From Candidatus Nitrotoga sp. 1052 (GTDB taxonomy: Bacteria; Pseudomonadota; Gammaproteobacteria; Burkholderiales; Gallionellaceae), in the NCBI RefSeq assembly GCF_927312905.1, contig NZ_CAKMHQ010000045.1, forward strand, positions 58,229 through 122,228: 64,000 bases of DNA, written 5' to 3'. Position 1 is the first letter of the stretch. Each line of letters starts with the position of its first letter. The position numbers and the translations under genes were made by a program. This document shows positions 1 through 9,585 of this stretch, piece by piece. The notes below the pieces were generated by a model. It was not told where the DNA came from. It saw only the letters and a program-made list of their open reading frames with translations, and searched no databases.

Positions 1-231
1 ATGTTCTGGTATCTCATCAAGCGTCACGCAAAGCACGGCGGCCTACTCAAGCCACTGTCGCCGCACACCTTGCGCCATGCCTTCGCCACCCATTTGCTTA
101 ATCACGGAGCTGATCTGCGCGTAGTGCAACTGCTGCTCGGCCATGCCGATATTTCTACCACACAGATTTACACGCATGTTGCACGCGAACGGTTAAAGCA
201 ACTGCACGCGCAGCATCACCCGAGGGGGTAA
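1..231 (+). CDS. xerD: Site-specific tyrosine recombinase XerD, C-terminal part (5' end lies outside the window)
   Basis: The translation carries the catalytic tyrosine region [10 protein letters not shown]...[32 protein letters not shown]. The HHPR(A/G) end is typical of XerD. Confidence 0.8.
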   Translation: MFWYLIKRHAKHGGLLKPLSPHTLRHAFATHLLNHGADLRVVQLLLGHADISTTQIYTHVARERLKQLHAQHHPRG

Positions 232-352
232 TAGACGTAATACATCAAACCTGTTCAGTCAAATCAGCGGTGGTGTCTCAACCAAGCAAAGGTTCGGATG
301 GCCGAAATCTTAATGAACTATTTTTCAGTTTTATGAGATACAACCTATTACA

Positions 353-697
353 TCACTCGCTTATGGGATGTCCATTCTTGATTTTGACGTTGCTTTTGAC
401 TATAACCACACCTTCGGTACCCCGAGCAATTTCAATGGCTTTTTCCTCTTCTGATAAAAGGTGAGCAGTACCGCTCAACCATACAACGCCATTGTTATCC
501 GTATCAACTTTAATACTTTTAAACTTGCCTAAATGTTTATCAGCATGCAGTCGGGTATTTATTTTATTTGTTATATCCGAGTCCTTGACTATTGTCGTGG
601 GGTCTGGAAGGTCCGATTTTGAATCGGCGGTAAAGCCCATACGGGGTATAAGCAATATACCGACCATAAAACAAATTGTCGCGATTTTGATTTTCAT
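353..697 (-). CDS. BON-domain periplasmic protein (OsmY-like) with signal peptide
   Basis: N-terminal hydrophobic signal peptide. BON-like pattern VKVDTDNNGVVWLSGTAHLLSEEEKAIEIARGTEGVVIVKSNVKI. Confidence 0.45.
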   Translation of the reverse strand: MKIKIATICFMVGILLIPRMGFTADSKSDLPDPTTIVKDSDITNKINTRLHADKHLGKFKSIKVDTDNNGVVWLSGTAHLLSEEEKAIEIARGTEGVVIVKSNVKIKNGHPISE

Positions 698-913
698 GAC
701 TTTACCTCCTTGATAAAAATAAGAGTTATTAAAATAACACTTCTTTGCATAATTTTCAGTTCGCTAACGCTCATAAAATGTAAAAAAATGCCGAAGCCAA
801 GATGCTTTTTCAGGTTCTGGTACAAACTTCTTTCACATTGTTTTTTGTAAAAAATTCGTATCCAATGATGCCATATTTTCAAGAACATTTATCGCCAGCT
901 GTGGGGGCATAAT

Positions 914-1801
914 ATGAGTAATCGAATCTCAAGAAATTTCCGAAATATTTTTCTAACTCTCATCGCAATTTGCGGCAACGTCTGTTTACCTGCACCAGCG
1001 TTTTCACAAAGCGACATCGGCATTGAGTTCAAGGACAAAGGTCAAATCGTCAAGACTCTGACTTTAAGCGAGCTTGCTACTGCTTTTCCAGCAGTTTCGT
1101 TAAAAATTTTCGAGATCCACGAGAAAAAAGACCACATCTACAAGGCTTATCCTGCCCGAGCGCTTTTTGACAAAACATTTGGCAAAGAGTGGAAGAAAGC
1201 AGAGGAGATTGTATTCATTTCCATGGACGGATATCAAGCGAGCATTCCGGTCACAAAGTTTCTCTCCCATGATGCCTATTTCGCCTTTGCTCACGACGAC
1301 GACTCGCCATTTACGATGACCAACATACTACAGAATAACGAGGTAGTACAACTCGGACCGCTCTACTTAATCTGGGACAACATGAAATCAAAAGTGCTGC
1401 TTCAGGACGGCGCGTCAGACATGCCTTACCAGGTGAAGAGCATCGAACTCACGACATTTGCGACTCGCTTTCCGAATCTTTCCCCGCCAGCCAAGGCATC
1501 CGCAGAAGCGCAGCTTGGTTTCTTGCACTTTCGCAAGTATTGCATGGCATGCCATATGATCAATGGTGAAGGCGGCGGCAAGGCACCTGAACTCAATTAC
1601 CCGACGAGTGTGGTCGAGTACATCAAGCCTAAGTACCTGACACGCTGGATCGAGAATCCATCGAGTATTCGACACAACACGCTGATGCCTGGACTTGCAC
1701 AAGAGATCCCTAATCGAGCGAAAGTCACAAAAGAAATCATCGAATATCTCAAGGCAATGAGCACAACAAAACGTAGTCCAAAGCGTCAAGACATCCACTG
1801 A
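914..1801 (+). CDS. Secreted c-type cytochrome domain protein
   Basis: Signal-peptide-like N-terminus. Single CxxCH heme-binding motif (CMACH) followed by a Met-rich distal region (NTLMPG) typical of class I cytochrome c. Confidence 0.55.
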   Translation: MSNRISRNFRNIFLTLIAICGNVCLPAPAFSQSDIGIEFKDKGQIVKTLTLSELATAFPAVSLKIFEIHEKKDHIYKAYPARALFDKTFGKEWKKAEEIVFISMDGYQASIPVTKFLSHDAYFAFAHDDDSPFTMTNILQNNEVVQLGPLYLIWDNMKSKVLLQDGASDMPYQVKSIELTTFATRFPNLSPPAKASAEAQLGFLHFRKYCMACHMINGEGGGKAPELNYPTSVVEYIKPKYLTRWIENPSSIRHNTLMPGLAQEIPNRAKVTKEIIEYLKAMSTTKRSPKRQDIH

Positions 1802-1936
1802 GCGCCAGCCTGAAGCTATGGAACGAGCGAAGCAAACTCCGGGTTGCGCGAGTTCTCTGCTCAGCTGATCTCATCATCGAATATGACAGAAATTTTTTTA
1901 AAGTTATACTGAAAAATTTAACTGCAAAAAAATCTG

Positions 1937-4246
1937 ATGGAAATTGTTGATTCTTCAAGTTCAAAATTAACTGGCTTTACGATGAAAACTGGACAAGCTA
2001 TCACTATCACGCTTTGCTGCGTGGACTGCATCAATCATGACCTTGCCATCAAGGCATTGAAAAAATCTAAAGAAAGATGCGTCTTTGACCGCGTACTTTT
2101 CCTGACGAACCGAGATTTCACCCTTCCAGATATTGAAACAGTAGAAATACCAGCGATTCGCTCACGGCAGGAATATTCGATGTTTGTACTGCATGAACTG
2201 CATCGTTATATTGATAGTGATTTCGTTCTTCTTGTCCAGTGGGACGGCTACATCATTAACCCCGACGCATGGACGAATGAATTCCTAAGCTTTGACTATA
2301 TCGGTGCGGTGTGGGGTCATCATAAAGATGGATTCAGAGTTGGTAACGGCGGATTTTCGCTGCGGTCGCGTAAATTGTTACTTGCCACGCGGGAAATCCC
2401 CTTCGATGAAGAGTTAGCTGAAGATGAACTGATTGGCCGCAAATATCGCCCCCTGCTGGAGGAGCAATACCAAGTGCGGTTTGCGCCAGAATCCGAGGCA
2501 GAAAAATTTTCCTTCGAAACCACTTATCCAGCCCGCCAGCCTTTCGGCTTTCACGGGTTATTCAACATATGGATGGCCCTTGCTCCAAATGAAGTGGAAG
2601 AGTTTATCCATAGTCTGCCGTCCAATGTTACAAATTCCATTCAGTTTTTCCGGCTTGGAATCAATTACCGGGATCTGCGACAGTTTCGTTTTGCTGAGGC
2701 AGTCTTTCAACGCATCCTTGAGAACAATCCCGCGCATTCAGACGCCCGCAGTCAATTGGCGGCAATGGCAAGTCCTCCTACTTCAAAATCGATAAGCCGA
2801 AACGAAACATGTTCGTGCGGTAGCGGTGAACGGTACAAGAACTGCTGCGGAAAAATTGCCGTGACATCTATACCACGCGGCGCAACCCGCGAGGAGGACA
2901 TTCAATGGATGTTGTCCGTCGCATTAAAGCACCATCAGCTGAGCCACATCGTTCATGCCAACACAATTTATGGCTTGATTTTGCACGAACAACCGCAAAA
3001 TGCAGTTGCGTTGCAATATTCGGGGGTAATTGCTTATCAGTCAGGTGCCCACGAAGAAGCCTTAAAACTGATTGAGCAAGCCATCCGGATTCAGCCTTCA
3101 ATTCCGGATTTTCATAATAATCTAGGATTGGTGTTTCAAGCCATAGGGGATCGTCATCGGGCTGCCGAATGTTATCGCCAAGCAATCGCCCTGAACGCCA
3201 ACTATGTGGAAGCATATAACAACTTGGGCTTGATTCTTGAAGCCACAGGACGTCCTGCTGAAGCAGTTACTTATTACGAAAGAGCAATTGCCTTACGGCC
3301 CGATTTTGCTCAGGCACACTGGAACCTTTCACTGGCGTTACTCGCAATAGGTAATTTTTCGCGTGGCTGGGATGAATATGAGTGGCGTCTGAAGACGCCA
3401 GAACTGGCTGGTGAAGGAAAACGTTTTACACGTCCGTTATGGAATGGCGAAGACCTTCGCGGCAAAACAATACTTTTGCACGCAGAACAAGGGTTTGGCG
3501 ATGCTATACAGTTCATTCGATATGCGCCACTGCTGGCTTCGCTTGGGGGACAAATCTTATTTGAATGTAAACCTGCGCTGAAGCGCCTGTTTAAAGAGGT
3601 GAAAGGAATACATGAAGTCATCTTGCGAGGCGAACCCCTACCGCAATACGATTTCCATTGTCCTTTACTCAGCCTGCCGTCCAGGCTCCGCACAGCTGAG
3701 GGGGAAATACCAGTAGCGGCTCCTTATCTTTCCCCGGATGAAGGCTTGGTTGAAGATTGGCGGAAACGCATGCCGGATACTGGATCAGCATTAAAAGTGG
3801 GGTTGATGTGGGCTGGAAGTCCCGGAAACAAGAACAATCTGAATCGCTCCATATCCCTCAGTCAACTTGATTTGCTTGGGACCGTAGAAAATGTGGTATT
3901 TTTTAACCTGCAAAAAGGCTCTGGGGAGGCCCAAGCTAAACATCCGCTTGCAAATCTCCATTTCATCGGCTTGACGGAAGACATCGGGGATTTCGCCAGC
4001 ACAGCGGCATTAATTGCCAATCTTGATCTCGTGATTTGTGTCGACACATCGGTTGCTCATCTTGCGGGTGCTATTGGCAAACCGGCATGGGTGCTCTTGC
4101 CATTTGCGGCGGACTGGCGCTGGCTGCTGGAGAGAGAAGATAGTCCGTTGTACCCGTCCCTTCGCTTGTTCCGACAATGCAATATTGGCAACTGGGAAGA
4201 GGTAGTGGCGAGAGTTCGAGACGCCTTGTGCAAGATGGCAGCGTAA
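1937..4246 (+). CDS. Multidomain protein: N-terminal unknown domain, SEC-C metal-binding motif, TPR repeats, C-terminal glycosyltransferase family 9 (heptosyltransferase-like) domain
   Basis: CSCGSGERYKNCCG is a SEC-C type motif. There are several TPR-like A..Y..A repeats (e.g. AECYRQAIALNANYVEAYNNLG). C-terminal GFGDAIQF...LDLVICVDTSVAHLAGAIGKPAWVLL resembles the GT9 ADP-heptose:LPS heptosyltransferase fold. Confidence 0.55.
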   Translation: MEIVDSSSSKLTGFTMKTGQAITITLCCVDCINHDLAIKALKKSKERCVFDRVLFLTNRDFTLPDIETVEIPAIRSRQEYSMFVLHELHRYIDSDFVLLVQWDGYIINPDAWTNEFLSFDYIGAVWGHHKDGFRVGNGGFSLRSRKLLLATREIPFDEELAEDELIGRKYRPLLEEQYQVRFAPESEAEKFSFETTYPARQPFGFHGLFNIWMALAPNEVEEFIHSLPSNVTNSIQFFRLGINYRDLRQFRFAEAVFQRILENNPAHSDARSQLAAMASPPTSKSISRNETCSCGSGERYKNCCGKIAVTSIPRGATREEDIQWMLSVALKHHQLSHIVHANTIYGLILHEQPQNAVALQYSGVIAYQSGAHEEALKLIEQAIRIQPSIPDFHNNLGLVFQAIGDRHRAAECYRQAIALNANYVEAYNNLGLILEATGRPAEAVTYYERAIALRPDFAQAHWNLSLALLAIGNFSRGWDEYEWRLKTPELAGEGKRFTRPLWNGEDLRGKTILLHAEQGFGDAIQFIRYAPLLASLGGQILFECKPALKRLFKEVKGIHEVILRGEPLPQYDFHCPLLSLPSRLRTAEGEIPVAAPYLSPDEGLVEDWRKRMPDTGSALKVGLMWAGSPGNKNNLNRSISLSQLDLLGTVENVVFFNLQKGSGEAQAKHPLANLHFIGLTEDIGDFASTAALIANLDLVICVDTSVAHLAGAIGKPAWVLLPFAADWRWLLEREDSPLYPSLRLFRQCNIGNWEEVVARVRDALCKMAA

Positions 4247-4292
4247 TCGCTCATGAGAATTTCATTACGTTTCTGAATTTAGATTGAAATAT

Positions 4293-4937
4293 TCACAATT
4301 TACTTTCTGCCACCAACGCCGGATTCAACTGCGGATCGTTGTACATTTTGAACTGGCGATAAACCTTGAAGTATGCACGGCCCGCCTGTGTATCAGCTAG
4401 CAACTCGTCCAGGCAAGCACCCAAGTCGCTGCGCTGCTCATTCAACCGCTCCAATTTTCTACGGCACGTTAAACGATGAGCTTCATCAACTTCAATACGC
4501 TCGGTCTGCTGACGCATGGCGCATATCTTCAGTGCGAGAATCGACATCCTATCCACCATGCTGCCAGCAGTCTCGCTATTCAAACGCGCACCCTTTGTTA
4601 CTTTGATGATCGGCGAATCAGTTCGCGCAGAGAGAGCATCCACCAGTTCAAGGGCGATTAATAATTGTTCATCAATACATTCAATGGCATCATTGCGGGC
4701 CTGATTGTAGCGATCGATAGCTCGTTTATTAATGGCGATATCAATGTCGCTGACCTTGATACGGCGAGCCAAATCTTCCTGCGCCCAAAGCAGGCAATTG
4801 TTGCAATGATTCATGATGATCCACTTCCATAACTCAGTCCCATCGGAATGAGGTATGACCGAAGATGTAGACCAAGACGGGTTAGCCAAGTAACTGTCGT
4901 GAAAGGTGGCAACCAAATGACTGGCAATCAGGCACAT
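4293..4937 (-). CDS. Hypothetical protein, possibly DUF4254 family (a family often found beside GT9 genes)
   Basis: Clean 214-aa ORF divergent from the GT9/TPR gene with no recognisable catalytic motif. The family assignment is from memory of its association with GT9 genes, not from a search. Confidence 0.3.
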   Translation of the reverse strand: MCLIASHLVATFHDSYLANPSWSTSSVIPHSDGTELWKWIIMNHCNNCLLWAQEDLARRIKVSDIDIAINKRAIDRYNQARNDAIECIDEQLLIALELVDALSARTDSPIIKVTKGARLNSETAGSMVDRMSILALKICAMRQQTERIEVDEAHRLTCRRKLERLNEQRSDLGACLDELLADTQAGRAYFKVYRQFKMYNDPQLNPALVAESKL

Positions 4938-5251
4938 ATTAATTTTTTTGCTTTTTGCAGACTGTCATTTTAGCGGATTTCACTGTGCACTTGTAACCGC
5001 GAGTGCTTGGCAAGCAAGCTACGATTTTACTACGTGAAGTTTTGTGGGTAGAGTAACTATCGGCGATTAACAACGGAGTCCGATAAACACTCCTGGGGCT
5101 AAGTAAACCGACAAATCATGTGCTACAAGTCTGGACAGTTTATTTGCTCGCTACAGAATGACAGTTTTTGTTGCCCCCCCCTGCACTTTTAAGGGACAAT
5201 TTGATTCTTTTTTCCCGTAACGTATTCACTTTTTGCAAGGAAGATGTTGGA

Positions 5252-6361
5252 ATGTCCGAGATCGCCAAGATCTATCAGCTCACCCAAGTTCTCACACAAC
5301 CGCCATTGCGATGGTATTTCGATCCAAAAATTTTGGAAATTGAGCAGCGCATGCTATTCGATAACGGCCCTGGCTATATCGGACACGAACTGTTGGTACC
5401 AAACATCGGCGATTACCATGTTCTGAATTGGATGGATAATGCTAAGATGTTGGTGCGTAATAAAAATGGGGTGGAACTGCTCTCCAATATTTGCCGTCAT
5501 CGTCAGGCCACCATGCTTGAAGGGCGTGGTAGCGCGAAAAACATTGTGTGCCCGCTGCATCGCTGGACGTACCAACTGGATGGCCAGCTGTTGGGTGCAC
5601 CGCGCTTCCCGCAGAATCCCTGCCGGCATCTCCATAAGACTCCGTTGCAACACTGGAATGGCTTACTGTTCGCAGGTAAACGCAATATTGCCAAGGATCT
5701 AGCGGATATTCCTGCGCTAAAGGAACTGGATTTTTCCAATTATCAACTGGATCGTGTAGAGATAGATGAATATGCTTTCAATTGGAAGACTTTCATTGAG
5801 GTATATCAGGAGGACTACCATGTAGCGCCGTTCCATCCCGGCCTGGGTAAATTCGTCAATTGCGACGATCTGAGTTGGGAATTCGGCGACTGGTACAGCG
5901 TGCAAACTGTAGGCATCAACCATGGCCTGCGCAAAGCTGGCAGTGCCGCCTATGGCAAATGGCAGGAACAGGTGCTGCGTTATAACAACGGCGCGCTACC
6001 CAAATACGGCGCGATCTGGCTGACCTACTACCCTAACATCATGGTAGAGTGGTATCCAAATACATTAGTGGTCAGCACTGTCATTCCGCGCGGTGTCGAT
6101 GCCTGCACTAACATTATGGAGTTTTACTACCCCGAAGACATAGTGCTATTTGAGCGCGATTTTGTCGAAGCAGAAAAGGCTGCCTACCGTGAAACCGCGC
6201 TTGAGGACGATACCATCTGCCTGAAAATGCATCAGGGGCGCAAATGGCTGTACCAGCATGGAATCGAAGATGCTGGACCGTATCAATCTCCGACTGAGGA
6301 CGGCCTGCTGCATTTCCATGAGTTTCTGCGGCGCCAGCTTGATCCGCACTTAGGAGAATGA
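5252..6361 (+). CDS. Rieske [2Fe-2S] non-heme iron oxygenase, ring-hydroxylating alpha-subunit-like
   Basis: Rieske motif CRHRQ...CPLHRW (CxH-x17-CxxH). Downstream mononuclear-iron His pair region EDYHVAPFHPG. Start chosen at ATG 5252 (MSEIAKIYQL) behind an aagga ribosome-binding site. Confidence 0.6.
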   Translation: MSEIAKIYQLTQVLTQPPLRWYFDPKILEIEQRMLFDNGPGYIGHELLVPNIGDYHVLNWMDNAKMLVRNKNGVELLSNICRHRQATMLEGRGSAKNIVCPLHRWTYQLDGQLLGAPRFPQNPCRHLHKTPLQHWNGLLFAGKRNIAKDLADIPALKELDFSNYQLDRVEIDEYAFNWKTFIEVYQEDYHVAPFHPGLGKFVNCDDLSWEFGDWYSVQTVGINHGLRKAGSAAYGKWQEQVLRYNNGALPKYGAIWLTYYPNIMVEWYPNTLVVSTVIPRGVDACTNIMEFYYPEDIVLFERDFVEAEKAAYRETALEDDTICLKMHQGRKWLYQHGIEDAGPYQSPTEDGLLHFHEFLRRQLDPHLGE

Positions 6362-6501
6362 TCATCTTAATCGCCGCTACTATAAAATTCCGCACATTTT
6401 CATACCCGTGCAGGTGGAACCCCTGTTTAATTAAACAGCTTTATTTCCTCTTGCGCGGGGTTAGCATTTTTTTTACCCATCCGCTTAAATAATCTATTGG
6501 A

Positions 6502-7350
6502 ATGGGCGCGCTATGGATGCTAGTCGCCGGGTTCCTTTTCGGCTGGATGGGGGTGTTTGTCAAACTAGGTGCAGAATATTTTTCTCATATTGAATTAGTA
6601 TTTTATCGCTCTTTCCTTGGGCTATTGATGATCTATGCCGTCATCCGCCAGCAAGGACTGTCGCTGTCGACCCATCACTTGAAGCAGCACTTGTGGCGCG
6701 GCGTTTCTGGCACCATCGCGCTGATGCTATATTTTTACTGCATCACCGTGTTGCCGCTGGCCACCGCAGTAACGCTTAATTACACCGCACCGCTCTATCT
6801 CTCTATCCTGACCATGCTGGCATTCAAGGAACATTTCCGTCCGGCTCTCTCCAGCGCCATCCTGCTGGGGTTTTGTGGCGTGATATTGCTGCTGCATCCC
6901 ACCTTGGCCCAAGATCAACTCATCCCCGGTCTTATCGGGCTGATTTCCGGCCTCTTGGCCGGCATCGCCTACCTCAATGTCAGACAGCTTGGGTTAAGGG
7001 GTGAACCGGAATGGCGTGTGGTGTTCTATTTCAGTCTGATTGCCGCTATTAGCAGCGGCATCGGCATGTTGCTCGGAACCGTTCATCCGATCACTGCGCC
7101 TGGATTATTTATCTTGCTCGGACTCGGCAGCACTGCCACACTAGCACAGCTAGCCATGACCCGCGCCTACCGTACCGGGAAAATGCTAGTGGCGGGTAGC
7201 TTGTCCTACAGCACTGTGATATTCGCCAGCATATTCGGCATGATCTTGTGGGGCGAGGCATTGCCACTGATGGGATGGATAGGCATGGGACTCATCATTG
7301 CAGGCGGTGTGCTAAGCTTGAAACTGGCACCCAAGCACAGTGGCACATAA
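6502..7350 (+). CDS. DMT superfamily (EamA-like) transporter
   Basis: About 10 hydrophobic helices arranged as a duplicated EamA-like pattern. 282 aa. Confidence 0.55.
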   Translation: MGALWMLVAGFLFGWMGVFVKLGAEYFSHIELVFYRSFLGLLMIYAVIRQQGLSLSTHHLKQHLWRGVSGTIALMLYFYCITVLPLATAVTLNYTAPLYLSILTMLAFKEHFRPALSSAILLGFCGVILLLHPTLAQDQLIPGLIGLISGLLAGIAYLNVRQLGLRGEPEWRVVFYFSLIAAISSGIGMLLGTVHPITAPGLFILLGLGSTATLAQLAMTRAYRTGKMLVAGSLSYSTVIFASIFGMILWGEALPLMGWIGMGLIIAGGVLSLKLAPKHSGT

Positions 7351-7371
7351 CTAACGAAGAAGAGACTTGAT

Positions 7372-7722
7372 ATGATCACAATAGAACAAACCCCCACCCT
7401 GCTCAACATTGCTGTACTGGGCGAATTCACCTTGGCCGATTTCAAGCAATTCGAGGAACACGCACTCTACATGCTTAAATCACCCGGCACGGCCAACCTG
7501 TTGTTCGACCTACGTGACATGATCAGCTACACGGTGGATGTAGCATGGGAGGAAATCAAATTTTTCAATCGCGAACACCCACATGACTTCAGCAAGATTG
7601 CAGTTATTACTGACGATCAGTGGATCACATGGCAAGCTTGGCTATCGCGCATGTTCGTGGATGCCGATATACGCGTCTTTACCGAATATGAACAAGCAAA
7701 AACCTGGGCGGCTACAGCTTGA
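7372..7722 (+). CDS. STAS/SpoIIAA-like small protein (DUF3478-like)
   Basis: 116-aa soluble protein. Weak resemblance to STAS-fold anti-sigma-antagonist-like proteins. Low confidence. Confidence 0.3.
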   Translation: MITIEQTPTLLNIAVLGEFTLADFKQFEEHALYMLKSPGTANLLFDLRDMISYTVDVAWEEIKFFNREHPHDFSKIAVITDDQWITWQAWLSRMFVDADIRVFTEYEQAKTWAATA

Positions 7723-7787
7723 TATGTTCTTAATTATGTTAAAATAGTTAGTATATAATTTATAGTTGATTTTTCAGGAGATAGTAA

Positions 7788-8954
7788 ATGTTTTCAGGTT
7801 TTATTGATTTGCCATGGTGGGGCTATATAGTTGTTACACTGACCTTAACCCATATTACCATCGCATCTGTTACCATTTTTTTGCACCGCCATCAGGCACA
7901 TCGCGCACTGAATCTGCATGCTGTTCCCAGTCATTTTTTCCGTTTCTGGTTATGGCTAACCACCGCTATCGTCACAAAAGAATGGGTTGCCATCCACCGC
8001 AAACACCATGCTAAATGCGAGACAGAGGATGATCCACATAGCCCGGTTATTCTGGGCATCAAGAAAGTGCTATTGGAAGGCGCTGCTCTCTACCGCAAAG
8101 AAGCCCAGAATCAGGAAACACTAGACAAATACGGCCACGGCACACCGAACGACTGGCTGGAAAACAATCTTTACAGCAAACGCAGCGAGCTCGGCATCAC
8201 GCTGATGCTGATCATCAACGTACTTTTGTTTGGCCCACTTGGCCTAACCATCTGGGCCGTGCAAATGGCATGGATACCCATTAATGCAGCCGGTATTGTC
8301 AACGGCATAGGGCACTACTGGGGTTATCGTAACTTCCAGACGGCGGACGCTTCCACCAACATCGTGCCGTGGGGTATCTTCATCGGCGGTGAAGAACTGC
8401 ACAACAATCACCACGCTTATGCCTCCTCCGCCAAACTTTCCAACAAGTGGTATGAAATCGACATCGGGTGGTTCTACATCCGCGTCATAGAAACGTTCGG
8501 TCTAGCACAAGTGAAGAGGCGTGCCCCGCGAGTACGACTGAACCAAGCCAAGACTTCATGTGACATGGAAACCCTGCACGCCGTTATCGCCAACCGCTAC
8601 GAAGTCACAGCCAGATATGCCCAATTACTGAAAAAAACCTACTCGACGGAAATAGCTCGGCTAAAACTACAAGCCTCGGATAAAATTGATATAGCGCGCA
8701 TCAAACACTGGCTGCACTTGGATGAAAACGTTTTAACCGAGCAACAAAAAACGAAACTCAGCGTAGTGATTAAAGCCAGCGGCATTCTACGGACAACTTA
8801 TACCCTACGCCAAGAGCTGGCCGTCGTCTGGCAAAACTCTACAGCCACCAAGGAGCAATTAGTAAAGCAATTGGAAGACTGGTGTCATCGAGCGGAGAAC
8901 AGCGGGATTGCGGCATTACAGGAGTTTTCCCAACGACTACGTTGCTACGCTTAG
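7788..8954 (+). CDS. Membrane fatty acid desaturase (Delta9 acyl-lipid/acyl-CoA desaturase family) with C-terminal extension
   Basis: Three histidine boxes (HRHQAH, HRKHH, HNNHH) and N-terminal transmembrane helices. About 100 extra C-terminal residues, as in DesA-like enzymes. Confidence 0.65.
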   Translation: MFSGFIDLPWWGYIVVTLTLTHITIASVTIFLHRHQAHRALNLHAVPSHFFRFWLWLTTAIVTKEWVAIHRKHHAKCETEDDPHSPVILGIKKVLLEGAALYRKEAQNQETLDKYGHGTPNDWLENNLYSKRSELGITLMLIINVLLFGPLGLTIWAVQMAWIPINAAGIVNGIGHYWGYRNFQTADASTNIVPWGIFIGGEELHNNHHAYASSAKLSNKWYEIDIGWFYIRVIETFGLAQVKRRAPRVRLNQAKTSCDMETLHAVIANRYEVTARYAQLLKKTYSTEIARLKLQASDKIDIARIKHWLHLDENVLTEQQKTKLSVVIKASGILRTTYTLRQELAVVWQNSTATKEQLVKQLEDWCHRAENSGIAALQEFSQRLRCYA

Positions 8955-8976
8955 CATACTTCTTTTGCAATATGAA

Positions 8977-9004
8977 TAAAAAACCCGCTTAAGCGGGTTT
9001 TTTA
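8977..9004. terminator. Bidirectional rho-independent terminator between the desaturase gene and rpmG
   Basis: aaaaacccgcttaagcgggtttttt: GC stem aacccgc/gcgggtt with a 4-nt loop, flanked by an A-run and a T-run. Confidence 0.7.
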
Positions 9005-9027
9005 TGCGTTTGAACAAAGTGAATAGC

Positions 9028-9183
9028 TTACTTCAGCTTGGTTTCCTTGTACATCACATGTTTGCGCACCACTGGATCAAACTTCTTGATCTCAAGCTTT
9101 TCCGGCGTTGTTCGCTTATTTTTGTCCGTCGTATAGAAATGACCAGTACCGGCGCTGGATTCAAGCTTGATTTTTTCACGCAT
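9028..9183 (-). CDS. rpmG: 50S ribosomal protein L33
   Basis: Reverse strand translates to [51 protein letters not shown] (51 aa). Absent from the ORF track because it is under 60 aa. Confidence 0.8.
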   Translation of the reverse strand: MREKIKLESSAGTGHFYTTDKNKRTTPEKLEIKKFDPVVRKHVMYKETKLK

Positions 9184-9196
9184 TTTTCGTTACTCC

Positions 9197-9433
9197 TTAA
9201 ACGTTTTCGCCGCGTGCGCGCATTTCAAACAACACCGCATCGATACCATTCTTGTCAATGGTACGCAACCCGGCATTTGTCAGGCGCAAGGATATCCAGC
9301 GATTTTCAGTTTCAACCCACAAACGACGACGCTGCAAATTCGGCAGGAAACGACGCTTTGTTTTATTATTGGCGTGAGATACATTGTTTCCCACCATCGG
9401 GCGTTTCCCCGTTACTTGACAGACGCGAGCCAT
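9197..9433 (-). CDS. rpmB: 50S ribosomal protein L28
   Basis: [34 protein letters not shown]... is the L28 signature. Start at ATG 9433, not the extended ORF start. Confidence 0.85.
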   Translation of the reverse strand: MARVCQVTGKRPMVGNNVSHANNKTKRRFLPNLQRRRLWVETENRWISLRLTNAGLRTIDKNGIDAVLFEMRARGENV

Positions 9434-9585
9434 AGCTATTTCTCCAACTAGTTTGCAAAAGAAACGCAATTCTACTCTAAAACCTTATACCTGATCAACC
9501 TGCAGCTGTTTCATCAAGTTAGCGAAATTAACAATGCCCGCTTTCTCCAACGTTAAATCCTCTGAGTTATGGCAACTCAGCATCC

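Noticed and set aside
5244-6395. Internal and antisense ORFs within the Rieske oxygenase gene (e.g. 5354-5653 minus, 6114-6395 minus)
   Set aside because: They overlap a motif-supported gene and have no independent evidence.
9004-9469. Plus-strand ORFs 9004-9435 and 9167-9451, and the extended minus ORF 9197-9469
   Set aside because: The locus is fully explained by rpmG and rpmB on the minus strand. The rpmB start is the internal ATG at 9433.
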